A stretch of 37,903 nt of DNA, from IMG/VR virus record IMGVR_UViG_3300014656_000012, positions 1 to 37,903 of that record. One strand, written 5' to 3'. This DNA is from a virus. Its lineage: Duplodnaviria; Caudoviricetes. Every line of letters starts with the position of its first letter. Position 1 is the stretch's first letter. A program made the position numbers and the translations under genes. Below, one piece after another: positions 26,338 to 34,468 of the stretch. The notes under the pieces are model-generated. The model worked only from the letters and a program-made list of their open reading frames with translations, ran no database searches and was not told the DNA's origin.

Positions 26338-27570
26338 ATGGAAAAAAATTATGGACTTCTTATGGATGAATTTAATCCTGAACACTACTTTCTAGGTGGT
26401 GGATTTTTGGGTACTAAAGAGATGCTTCCATCAGGTGATTGGAGTCCTTTTGCACCATTACCTGAATTACAAAATAGACAAACATTTGATACCTTCGGAT
26501 GTGCAAGATTTGGCACGCTAAATGCACTTGAAATATTATTTTCATTTGTACTTAGAGAAAATAAAAACTTCTCTGATAGATTCTTGTGTATAGTTTCAGG
26601 AGCTAGTAGGAATGGTGATTCTCCGCACAATGTAGCAGAAACAATACGCAAAATTGGTCTTATTGATGAGATAGAACTTCCATTCTCAGATGACATTGAC
26701 AGTGCAGATAAATACTACTCACCAAATCCTATGACCCCAGCAATGCTTAAAAAGGCTAAGGAGTTCTTAAAAATGTATTCAATCGGCAATGAATGGGTAT
26801 ATCCAATAGGAACTTCGCAAACAGTAGAAGAACAGAATAATCTTATAATTCAGGCCTTAAAAAGAAGTCCAGTTGGTGCTTCTGTTTCAGCTTGGAGTGT
26901 GCCTAATGAGAATGGTGGACATACTCAACAATGGGCAGAAAATCACTATTGTGTAATTTTAAATGGAATAGATAAAGATTATTGGTCTATATATGACAGT
27001 TACGATAATATTATAAAGAAATACAGCAAAAAGTCTAAAATAACTATGGCTAAAATTTATACTATAAGAAAATTGATTATAGAAGACCAAGTTACAATGT
27101 TTCATAAGTTTTGGAATTGGGTGATGAGTCTTTTGAATAAAGAGGTTACAACAACCAATGTACAACCAGCACCAGTACAGGTTACTAAAGAAGAAATAAA
27201 AAAAGTAAAAGTAGCTTTTATGTGTCTTGCAATACAAAAATACGAGGGTTTTTATGAAGGATCAAGAAGTTTTCGTAATAATAACCCTGGAAACTTAAAG
27301 TGGAGAAGTGGTATGTTACTCGCAAATGGTCAAGACAGTGCTGGATTCGCTAGATTTGCCACCTACAAGGATGGTTTTATGGCTCTTTCAAATAAAATAA
27401 CTAATGCAGCAACAGGAAAATCAACAGTTTACTTTCCGACAGATACACTACTACAATTTTTTCAGAAGTATGCACCTTATTCAGACAAGAATCGCCCTGA
27501 TTTATACGCAGAATTTGTAGCAGATCAACTGGGAGTCGGAGTTGATTTTCAAATTAAGAATTTGGTATAA
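26338..27570 (+). CDS. Papain-like cysteine peptidase fused to a lysozyme-like domain (putative lysin)
   Basis: N-terminal Q...GCARF, NFSDRF, ENHYCV, IYDSY (clan CA Gln/Cys/His/Asp pattern); C-terminal AIQKYEG...RNNNPGNL...FARFAT...KYAP. Confidence 0.75.
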   Translation: MEKNYGLLMDEFNPEHYFLGGGFLGTKEMLPSGDWSPFAPLPELQNRQTFDTFGCARFGTLNALEILFSFVLRENKNFSDRFLCIVSGASRNGDSPHNVAETIRKIGLIDEIELPFSDDIDSADKYYSPNPMTPAMLKKAKEFLKMYSIGNEWVYPIGTSQTVEEQNNLIIQALKRSPVGASVSAWSVPNENGGHTQQWAENHYCVILNGIDKDYWSIYDSYDNIIKKYSKKSKITMAKIYTIRKLIIEDQVTMFHKFWNWVMSLLNKEVTTTNVQPAPVQVTKEEIKKVKVAFMCLAIQKYEGFYEGSRSFRNNNPGNLKWRSGMLLANGQDSAGFARFATYKDGFMALSNKITNAATGKSTVYFPTDTLLQFFQKYAPYSDKNRPDLYAEFVADQLGVGVDFQIKNLV

Positions 27571-27601
27571 TAAGTATTATTAGTTTTAATAAAATAAGAA
27601 A

Positions 27602-27787
27602 ATGAATCAATTTAGCAATGAATATGTTGGTGCTATTGTTTTGATGGTTGTAGGAATTTTAAAAGCATTTGGTATTGAAATAGCTAGTGATGCAATAGCA
27701 GGAATTATAAGTGGTGGTATTGCATTGTGGATAGCTGTGAGGAGATTTAGCAAAAAAGATATAAATGTGTTAGGAATTAGAAAATAA
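27602..27787 (+). CDS. Holin (two TM helices, putative)
   Basis: 61 aa with two hydrophobic helices and a basic C-terminus; directly after the lysin. Confidence 0.7.
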   Translation: MNQFSNEYVGAIVLMVVGILKAFGIEIASDAIAGIISGGIALWIAVRRFSKKDINVLGIRK

Positions 27788-27861
27788 TCAATTTTTACGC
27801 CTACTTGGTTTCGTGACTGGGTTTAGCGTAAATAATGTTTCACTTCGCAAGAAGTAAAATT

Positions 27862-27910
27862 AGAGCCACTGCAAGAGCATTTTTTAATACTTGGACTTGG
27901 CTCTTTTTTT
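27862..27910 (+). terminator. Intrinsic terminator closing the late operon
   Basis: AGAGCCA (27862-27868)/TGGCTCT (27898-27904) with inner CAAG/CTTG, followed by a T-run. Confidence 0.6.
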
Positions 27911-27911
27911 A

Positions 27912-28025
27912 TTGACAAAGCAAAAGGACTTACTTTGCTCAAGAGTAAATCCCTTTTGTTGAACTTCTAACTATAGTGGCTTACATAACGGAGAAGCACT
28001 AACCCGAATGACTTTTGGGTCAATA
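27912..28025 (-). ncRNA. Candidate small RNA (~110 nt, three hairpins)
   Basis: Promoter TTGATT (28059-28054), 17 nt, TACACT (28036-28031); hairpins at 28024-27998, 27997-27963 and 27958-27921; no convincing ORF. Confidence 0.5.
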
Positions 28026-28160
28026 TGTATAGTGTACAATAGTCCGTTGCATAAATCAACGAGAATGGTTGGGAATTGATAGACTGGTTTGGTGATTACC
28101 TTATTCTTGAAAAAAAGAATAGAAAAATCACTTATAATCTGACAACAGGTTTTATAGAAT

Positions 28161-28191
28161 AAGCCCCTGACTTACAAAGTTGGGGGTTTTT
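28161..28191 (+). terminator. Intrinsic terminator
   Basis: AAGCCCCTGACTT-ACA-AAGTTGGGGGTTT followed by TT. Confidence 0.7.
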
Positions 28192-28213
28192 ATATTGATA
28201 AATAAGGGTAAAG

Positions 28214-28259
28214 TTGTCCACAGTTTTGTTGTTGCAAATATTATATTAAGTATTATACT
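28214..28259 (+). promoter_or_regulatory. Promoter with DnaA-box-like site
   Basis: TTGTCCACA (28214-28222), TTGCAA (28232-28237), 16 nt, TATACT (28254-28259). Confidence 0.6.
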
Positions 28260-28389
28260 GTAATCAGTTAAGGGATAGGGTCAGAATCAACCGATAAGAA
28301 AGTTGGGTTTATCCGAAGCTCGCTTACACGAAAGATTCTGACTTGAACACCTTACAATAAAAGTCGTAAATTAGAAATAAAAAATTATT

Positions 28390-28578
28390 ATGAATAAAGA
28401 TTTAAAAGAAATATTGACAAAACAGATTGATGAAAAGTCAATGACAGCGATATGGATTCCAAAAGACTGGCATAAAGTTGTAAAAAAGAGAGCCGAAAAA
28501 GAAGGATTGCCAATTTATAAATATGTGATGATGTTGAGTAATAATTATCAAATTATAAAAAATGAAATCAAAAAATAA
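28390..28578 (+). CDS. Ribbon-helix-helix-like DNA-binding protein
   Basis: MTAIWIPKDWHKVVKKRAEKEGLPIYKYV fits the Arc/CopG strand-helix-Gly-helix pattern. Confidence 0.65.
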   Translation: MNKDLKEILTKQIDEKSMTAIWIPKDWHKVVKKRAEKEGLPIYKYVMMLSNNYQIIKNEIKK

Positions 28579-28623
28579 AGTAATATTCATTCCTCCCACG
28601 ACAAAGACAGGAGGAGGACAACA

Positions 28624-28652
28624 AAAACCATCTGATTAGTTCAGGTGGTTTT
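28624..28652. terminator. Bidirectional terminator between convergent transcription units
   Basis: AAAACCATCTGA (28624-28635)/TCAGGTGGTTTT (28641-28652). Confidence 0.75.
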
Positions 28653-29070
28653 ATTTTAGTTTAATAGTTTTTATACTAATGGCCTCTGCCCTGTCGGCAG
28701 TCAATGATTTGCGTTTGGAGCGGGATTTTTCTAGGAGGAAGGTGCCGATGGAGATGATGGAGAAGTTATGAGGATATTTAATTACAATATATGCAGGAGA
28801 GTTCCTAAAGAAAGCATAATCTGGCGCTCCGGCTGTGCCTTGTATTATTCTGATTAATTGACCTTTATCTGAATTACACATTAAAGCTGAGTCAATCTGT
28901 TCTTGGGTTACTTCTGAAAAAGAAATTGACGATTTCCCTCTACTGTCTTTTAATTCATAAGAACCAGCTAAACATTTGTTATACTTAATATATTCCCGGA
29001 AGCGGAGGCCAAATTTCGCTTCTTTGTTTCTGTTTTGTTTTGGTAAGTCTGGGAGCGTTATTTTTTCCAT
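28651..29070 (-). CDS. PD-(D/E)XK nuclease, Holliday-junction resolvase (RecU-like, putative)
   Basis: EAKF...YELK...ISFSEVTQEQIDS...APDY; coupled to the helicase gene. Confidence 0.6.
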   Translation of the reverse strand: MEKITLPDLPKQNRNKEAKFGLRFREYIKYNKCLAGSYELKDSRGKSSISFSEVTQEQIDSALMCNSDKGQLIRIIQGTAGAPDYAFFRNSPAYIVIKYPHNFSIISIGTFLLEKSRSKRKSLTADRAEAISIKTIKLK

Positions 29071-30200
29071 TCTGATGGTACAAATGATTTTCCAGCTTCG
29101 ACATTGGCTAGAATTGCTTTATCACACCTGCCGGCCACTAAATAATACCTCATAACAGGGTGCAAATTATGTATTCTCCTAACTCTAAAATTCATCTGCA
29201 CGAAATCTCTTACTGCATAACTCATCGAAGCATATATCATACATGAGAAATTATCTGCATCGAAGGCCGATCCACAAGACGCTTGTATTATAAAAAAACA
29301 TTCTCCTTCAAATTTATTAGCTTCCTCCGCTATTAACTCCTGGTCTTTTACCTTTCCATATATAACAAAGGTTTTTCTGTCTTTACTTAGTTCCTTTCGT
29401 AGTAATTCTACCTGTTCAACATAATAAGCCACTACAATAATTTTAGAATATTCTTTTCCTATTTCTAATATTTCTTTTATTTTATTCTGCTGCTCCCATC
29501 TGTGTTCATCATAAAATACTGTAGCTTCTGGCAACTTTGCATACTTAGGGGTTTTAACAAGTATTTTTTCCTCTATAAGTGGTGGTAAATCAGTAATATC
29601 TCTGAGATTAACTATATCGGCATATTTTTTTAGTTGTATCTGTATTTTTTCCCTCCAGTCCGATTTTGGTATATATGAGGGTCTTGTTAAATATCTTAAT
29701 TCACTTGGATATTTTAAATCAAAGAATGTTTGTCTCCATAATTTCCAGTCGATGTATTTATTCATGTAGCAAAGTAAGGAATGGAGATTGTATGGTGTGG
29801 ATCTAACAGGTGTGGCTGTGAGAAGTAATGTTGGGGTATCAGGATATGTTTTAACTTGTTCATAAAGTTTTTTCGATAAAGCAGATGTACCTTTTATAAA
29901 CAAAGCACTTCCAAATTCATCGGCCTCATCTATAACCCTCGCAGACCATTCTTTTAGTGGCAAATTCTTATAGTTCTCTTTTGAGACGACTGTAGCCTTA
30001 GTTTGCCACTTTTTAAGCTCATTTTGCCACTTCCTGACTACTTTCTTAGGGCAGACGACTAATGCGTCATTATCACGTTTATCATGTAGCCAAACACAGG
30101 CACAGATTGTCTTGCCCGATCCTCCTTCATGGGCTAGTAGGGCTTTATCCTTATAACCACTAGCGAATTTTATTTGGTGGGACAACAAAAAATTACCCAT
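29058..30200 (-). CDS. SF2 (SNF2-like) helicase
   Basis: HQ motif, GGSGKT (Walker A), LVVCPK, VIDEAD (Walker B), LLTATP, Q...RVRR (motif VI). Confidence 0.88.
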   Translation of the reverse strand: MGNFLLSHQIKFASGYKDKALLAHEGGSGKTICACVWLHDKRDNDALVVCPKKVVRKWQNELKKWQTKATVVSKENYKNLPLKEWSARVIDEADEFGSALFIKGTSALSKKLYEQVKTYPDTPTLLLTATPVRSTPYNLHSLLCYMNKYIDWKLWRQTFFDLKYPSELRYLTRPSYIPKSDWREKIQIQLKKYADIVNLRDITDLPPLIEEKILVKTPKYAKLPEATVFYDEHRWEQQNKIKEILEIGKEYSKIIVVAYYVEQVELLRKELSKDRKTFVIYGKVKDQELIAEEANKFEGECFFIIQASCGSAFDADNFSCMIYASMSYAVRDFVQMNFRVRRIHNLHPVMRYYLVAGRCDKAILANVEAGKSFVPSEWKK

Positions 30201-30810
30201 ATTTTTTAGAAGTTAAAGCCTTTTTTAAAGGAAATTTATAAGAATATATTCTAGACCAAAGGGTTACTGTCGGCAAACTTAATTCCCTTGCCCAATCAGA
30301 TAGACATTGCGTTTTGCCATTAAAAGTAATTATTCTATTTGAGCGTTTATTTCTAGACTGATAATTTCTTGTCGCCCAATGACAATTGTTTTTATAATAT
30401 CCCCTATTATTTTTGATCCTGTCTATAGATAAACCTTCTGGTTTCTCTCCCATATCTTTCAAAAAATTATCAAATTTTAACCATCTTTTACATACCAATA
30501 TTCCTCTTCCACCATAATTTTTAAAACTCTGGTGCTTAGAATTTGAACACCTATCTTTCATGTCTTGCCATATTCTATAAGTTAGTGTCTTTGTTTTTCC
30601 ATGGGTGGTTTGTCTTTTAATCTGTAATTCTTTCCTTAAACATCCGCAACTTTTTGAATTGCCAGTTGTCAAATGATTTACTGTTTGTAATACATAATTA
30701 CCACAGGCACATTTACATTGCCATAAAGGATAGTTGTTTTTATCCCTACCCATTCTTTTTATTACAATAAGCCGACCAAATTCTTTACCTATCATTATTA
30801 TCTTTTTCAT
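30193..30810 (-). CDS. Free-standing HNH homing endonuclease
   Basis: FGRLIV...WQCKCACG, KSCGC, YGGRGILVCKRW, SIDRIKNNRGYYKNNCHWAT. Own promoter TTGCAT (30849-30844), 17 nt, TATTAT (30826-30821) favours ATG 30810. Confidence 0.9.
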   Translation of the reverse strand: MKKIIMIGKEFGRLIVIKRMGRDKNNYPLWQCKCACGNYVLQTVNHLTTGNSKSCGCLRKELQIKRQTTHGKTKTLTYRIWQDMKDRCSNSKHQSFKNYGGRGILVCKRWLKFDNFLKDMGEKPEGLSIDRIKNNRGYYKNNCHWATRNYQSRNKRSNRIITFNGKTQCLSDWARELSLPTVTLWSRIYSYKFPLKKALTSKKYG

Positions 30811-30878
30811 AGACGGCTTAATAATATCATAATAAAAACCGTAATGCAACCATACACTACGGCTTTTATTATCAATAA

Positions 30879-31091
30879 CTATCTTAAACTATCGATACAA
30901 CAATCACATATCGTTACAAACATATACATAAACTGTTTCTCTGTTTGGGGTTCTTTTTTAGAACACTTTAAACAAGTAAAAGTTTTAGGCATTACTTCAT
31001 AGATTTTTATTTTCTTTCCATTGTTTAATGCCTTTAATATATGATGACATGCAACTGAAAGGTGATCGCTTTTTTGTTGTTTCTTTTTCAT
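30879..31091 (-). CDS. Small Cys-rich (zinc-binding) protein
   Basis: CLKC...CDCC in 70 aa. Confidence 0.65.
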   Translation of the reverse strand: MKKKQQKSDHLSVACHHILKALNNGKKIKIYEVMPKTFTCLKCSKKEPQTEKQFMYMFVTICDCCIDSLR

Positions 31092-31095
31092 AGTT

Positions 31096-31899
31096 TTATA
31101 TTGCTATCTCATCCGCGACTATTTCCTTTCCATAATTATCAAGTTTGTCTGTCGTTTGATAATTACCTTTTTCTGCTTGAATAGTCAATTTAATATCTGA
31201 TACTTTTGATACCACATCTTCCGCTTCTTTTTGTGTAAGCGGTCTTGCAGCAGTGAATATCATTTTATTCCACTGTATCTCTCCCTTCTCACAGAACTCT
31301 GATGTTACGGTTGTGATATATGCAGGTACAACTACTTTCTTTGTATATGAATTAAAAGACCACATTGAAGAACCTCTTAAATTCATCTGGTACATAACCC
31401 CATCGAGTAATACATAAAGTATTTTATTATTTTCCAGTGCTGATTTAACTTTACCGGCTTTGTCGGTATATTTATATTTCGCTTTTAATTCTGCCGGAGT
31501 ACCTTTTGCAACTTCTTTCTTCTCGCACCATAGGGGCAGAACTTCATCAGGACTGTCGAAGATCGGAGACGAAGTATATAACTCGGTTTTTTCATCATAC
31601 ATTTTTAATTGATGTCGCTGAAATAAAATCTGTATACTTATTTTATTTCCTATTTCTTTTTTATCCCAAAGTTTCTTTCCATTCTCATCCACTTCGTCTG
31701 ATTGATTTTCGGTGTAGAAAATTCCAGCTTCGGTAACTACCTTCATCGCTTTTCCTTTACCCTCTATCTGATCTTGCGAATAAAATCCTAATCTTGGTAA
31801 AAAGATTTTACTAAAACCTTGCTCTACCGGGAAGGAATTCTTTAATAATTCTATTGTCTCACTATTAACTTGCGTACTAATACTTGTTGTTTTTTTCAT
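31096..31899 (-). CDS. Hypothetical replication/recombination protein (possible ssDNA-binding protein)
   Basis: 267 aa, beta-rich with aromatic residues and acidic end (VADEIAI); own promoter upstream; replication-module context. Confidence 0.45.
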   Translation of the reverse strand: MKKTTSISTQVNSETIELLKNSFPVEQGFSKIFLPRLGFYSQDQIEGKGKAMKVVTEAGIFYTENQSDEVDENGKKLWDKKEIGNKISIQILFQRHQLKMYDEKTELYTSSPIFDSPDEVLPLWCEKKEVAKGTPAELKAKYKYTDKAGKVKSALENNKILYVLLDGVMYQMNLRGSSMWSFNSYTKKVVVPAYITTVTSEFCEKGEIQWNKMIFTAARPLTQKEAEDVVSKVSDIKLTIQAEKGNYQTTDKLDNYGKEIVADEIAI

Positions 31900-31975
31900 A
31901 TTTATTTTTTAATTTATCTTAATAATTTATCTAATTAAACGACCATAATTTTGATATCTACATTATAACTTATCC

Positions 31976-32116
31976 TTACGATAATGCAACCCTCTTTTTA
32001 TACTTCTGATATACAAATTTACTGCATTTAAAACATACCGCACGGCCATTATCCACTTTGCAGTTGCGCTCCTTTTCGCATTCTTTTTTACAATGTTTAC
32101 AGATTACGACTGTCAT
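31976..32116 (-). CDS. Small zinc-finger-like protein (46 aa)
   Basis: Read by hand: MTVVICKHCKKECEKERNCKVDNGRAVCFKCSKFVYQKYKKRVALS. Confidence 0.6.
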   Translation of the reverse strand: MTVVICKHCKKECEKERNCKVDNGRAVCFKCSKFVYQKYKKRVALS

Positions 32117-32365
32117 ATTAGTCATTTTTTAGTTTCCTTAATTCCTCTAATTTACTTTCACAATACGCTAATTCACAGACCGATTTTGCTCCCTTACTTT
32201 CTTTGTGGTTTATCAGTCTGTGTCTGATATAAATTAAAGCTCTTTCTAATAATTCACATTCCTCATCACTTAATATTAAACTTGTTGTTTTAATTGTTCT
32301 TCTTTAGCAGTTTACACTGCGGTTAGGTTAGTAATCTCCCCCTTTATTGCTGGGGTGCTCGTTAG

Positions 32366-32695
32366 TTAGTAATGGGCTGGTTTTAACATATCTTCAATCG
32401 ACCTTTTGAGTAGCAAGTCTCGTTCACGGATAATTCTTTCAAGGCACTCTACTGCTCCCTCGTTTTGTCCGTATTCGCCCGTATGGTTCATCAAAACATC
32501 GCAAAGTTGCTGTTCTATGCTTCTTTTTAGTGGTTCATCCGTAGGATGTATGCGAGAGCAATATTTTTCACCGCAGTTATTTGGTTCAGTCTGCCATTTA
32601 CTCCCTTGATGTGCTGGTGGATTTGCTCCTGTTGAAAATATCGGCTCCTCTGAATGTGTACTTCCTATTGGTTGATTTGTTGTGTATTCGTTCAT
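32366..32695 (-). CDS. Hypothetical protein
   Basis: 109-aa ORF, same orientation as its neighbours, A-rich leader. Confidence 0.65.
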   Translation of the reverse strand: MNEYTTNQPIGSTHSEEPIFSTGANPPAHQGSKWQTEPNNCGEKYCSRIHPTDEPLKRSIEQQLCDVLMNHTGEYGQNEGAVECLERIIRERDLLLKRSIEDMLKPAHY

Positions 32696-32768
32696 ATCTT
32701 TATATTATTTAGTAATCTCCTTTCTTCTTCATCATTCTATTTCTTTTAATTATCTAGCTGGACTGGGG

Positions 32769-33323
32769 CTAGAGATTAACTTCTAATTCTTCCTCAATCG
32801 GTAACAATTTTACTTTTCCATAAATAACTTTTCCACCCTTTATCTTTTGTGCTTCAATTTCTTGTTCACCTGATGTTGAAAAGATACCTGCGGAAAGGGT
32901 ACAGCTTGTATTAAAGTTAATTGATAATTTGGCTTTGATGCAAGAGTGTAAAGATACGATTCCCCATCCTGCCTTGATTCCCCATCCTGCCTCGATTCCC
33001 CATCCTGCCTCGATTCCACTTCCTGCCTCGATTCCACTTCCTGCCTTGATTCCCCATCCTGCCTCGATTCCACTTCCTGCCCTGATTCCACTTCCTGCCT
33101 TGATTCCCCATCCTGCCTCGATTCCACTTCCTGCCTTGATTCCACTTCCTGCCAATGCCCATATATGACCAGTGGCTTTTATTGATACGAATTTTACATA
33201 TCCTAAATTACTATCGATTTCAATATGACCACAATAATTTGATACATCTTCTTTTCCAATATAATCACTCCAGTAATTATCTGATTTCTTTATATCTTTT
33301 GCTGTTATCTTGAGAATTTCCAT
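32769..33323 (-). CDS. Hexapeptide-repeat beta-helix-like protein
   Basis: About 11 tandem GI(K/E/R)AG(S/W) units. Confidence 0.8.
   Translation of the reverse strand: MEILKITAKDIKKSDNYWSDYIGKEDVSNYCGHIEIDSNLGYVKFVSIKATGHIWALAGSGIKAGSGIEAGWGIKAGSGIRAGSGIEAGWGIKAGSGIEAGSGIEAGWGIEAGWGIKAGWGIVSLHSCIKAKLSINFNTSCTLSAGIFSTSGEQEIEAQKIKGGKVIYGKVKLLPIEEELEVNL
32958..33153. repeat. Coding tandem repeat, 18-nt unit, ~11 copies
   Basis: Unit GATTCC(CCA/ACT)TCCTGCC(TT/TC/CT), no spacers. Confidence 0.95.
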
Positions 33324-33339
33324 ATATTTTATTTAAGTA

Positions 33340-33639
33340 TTATTTATTCTTTACCTCTTCTTGTGGGAGGTATTTAAGAGAGGTGAGTAAATCTTTGATT
33401 TCTGATAAACATTCATCGAAACCGTTATTAAAAGCAACTGAAGGGTCGTGAACAAATCCGTCATCATCTTTCTCTTTCGGCATCTCTTTCTCAACCCTTT
33501 CCAAAAGAGATTGTTCTGATAGGGATATTTGAGTGTGGATGAATATTTTTATTTTCTTAACTAATTCTTCATCTATTGCACAAAAAAAACCTTCAACTTC
33601 TTTATCAAACTCTTCGTTTATTTGTCTGAGTGTTTTCAT
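33340..33639 (-). CDS. Hypothetical protein
   Basis: 99 aa; FNNGFDECLSEI motif common in small early phage ORFs. Confidence 0.65.
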   Translation of the reverse strand: MKTLRQINEEFDKEVEGFFCAIDEELVKKIKIFIHTQISLSEQSLLERVEKEMPKEKDDDGFVHDPSVAFNNGFDECLSEIKDLLTSLKYLPQEEVKNK

Positions 33640-33786
33640 ATATTTTATATCTTAATTTTTGTCATTTCTTAGTACTCCGACTGTTTCTTGTTTTTTTGAC
33701 ATATTATTTTCTTGGCATAGTGCCGTTAATTATCTTTTAATTTCTGCAATGCTATTTTAATATCATTCATCACCTTCGGCCTGGCT

Positions 33787-34377
33787 CTATTCATTTTTAG
33801 TTCGTGCATTAATGGGTATTAAAATTTCTTTTAATCTACAACCTTTAATTTCTATACCTTTCTTTAAGTCCTCGAATATTGCTGTTCGGTCCGGTATAAG
33901 ATACTCACGAGGGATGTCTTTCTCCGATGTATATTCTAACTCAACAGATGATCTAAACTTTGTTGATGTTGGCGCAGTAATGGGAGCTAGTTCGCCGATC
34001 TTTCTACTAGCTGTTTCAATAGTAAAATGGCCAGAACCTTCGCCGATTCTATTAGCTATCTTCTCCTCTTGCTCTCGGAGGGTTTTCATCTGATTCATCT
34101 GGTAGGTAGACATAGCGCTATTCAATAGATTTAGGGCCGTAGCGATGATATTCTCTGCCGGTTTATATCTGGATCGTATTTCCTTCTCAGAGGCCACCAA
34201 CGGCTTTAGCACCTTATCCTTGTCCAATTGTATTCGTTTCTCCTCTTGTTTCAGCTTTGATCTGAAATCTGAGGCTTGTTCCAAAGTAATAGAGTCAATT
34301 ATTTTTAATGATTGAGCTTTCTCTACTATTGGTGATACTTCTTTGCTTATGATTGATACTGTTGTTATTTTGGCCAT
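33787..34377 (-). CDS. Gp157/Gam-like coiled-coil protein
   Basis: Long coiled coil, C-terminal DIPREYLIPD..AI...LKKG.EIKG motif; probable ATG at 34377 (MAKITT). Confidence 0.6.
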   Translation of the reverse strand: MAKITTVSIISKEVSPIVEKAQSLKIIDSITLEQASDFRSKLKQEEKRIQLDKDKVLKPLVASEKEIRSRYKPAENIIATALNLLNSAMSTYQMNQMKTLREQEEKIANRIGEGSGHFTIETASRKIGELAPITAPTSTKFRSSVELEYTSEKDIPREYLIPDRTAIFEDLKKGIEIKGCRLKEILIPINARTKNE

Positions 34378-34468
34378 AATAGTGCAATTATTACTACTAA
34401 AATTGTTGATGAAATTATACAACCGATTGTTCCATATCTCTCTTCCCAGATTCGCTCTCTATGTTCTT

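Noticed and set aside
28037-28046. CAATAGTCCG, identical to the intron's P7 3' strand region and reminiscent of a tracrRNA segment
   Set aside because: No matching GACTA/P3 partner, no interrupted gene and no Cas genes; it is the spacer of a minus-strand promoter.
28058-28162. Protein-like open frame NENGWELIDWFGDYLILEKKNRKITYNLTTGFIE
   Set aside because: An in-frame TAA lies just upstream and there is no ATG; it may be a gene remnant but cannot be supported.
32958-33153. 18-nt repeats as a CRISPR array or a diversity-generating retroelement TR/VR pair
   Set aside because: The units are contiguous with no spacers, lie in frame within a protein, and no reverse transcriptase or cas operon is present.
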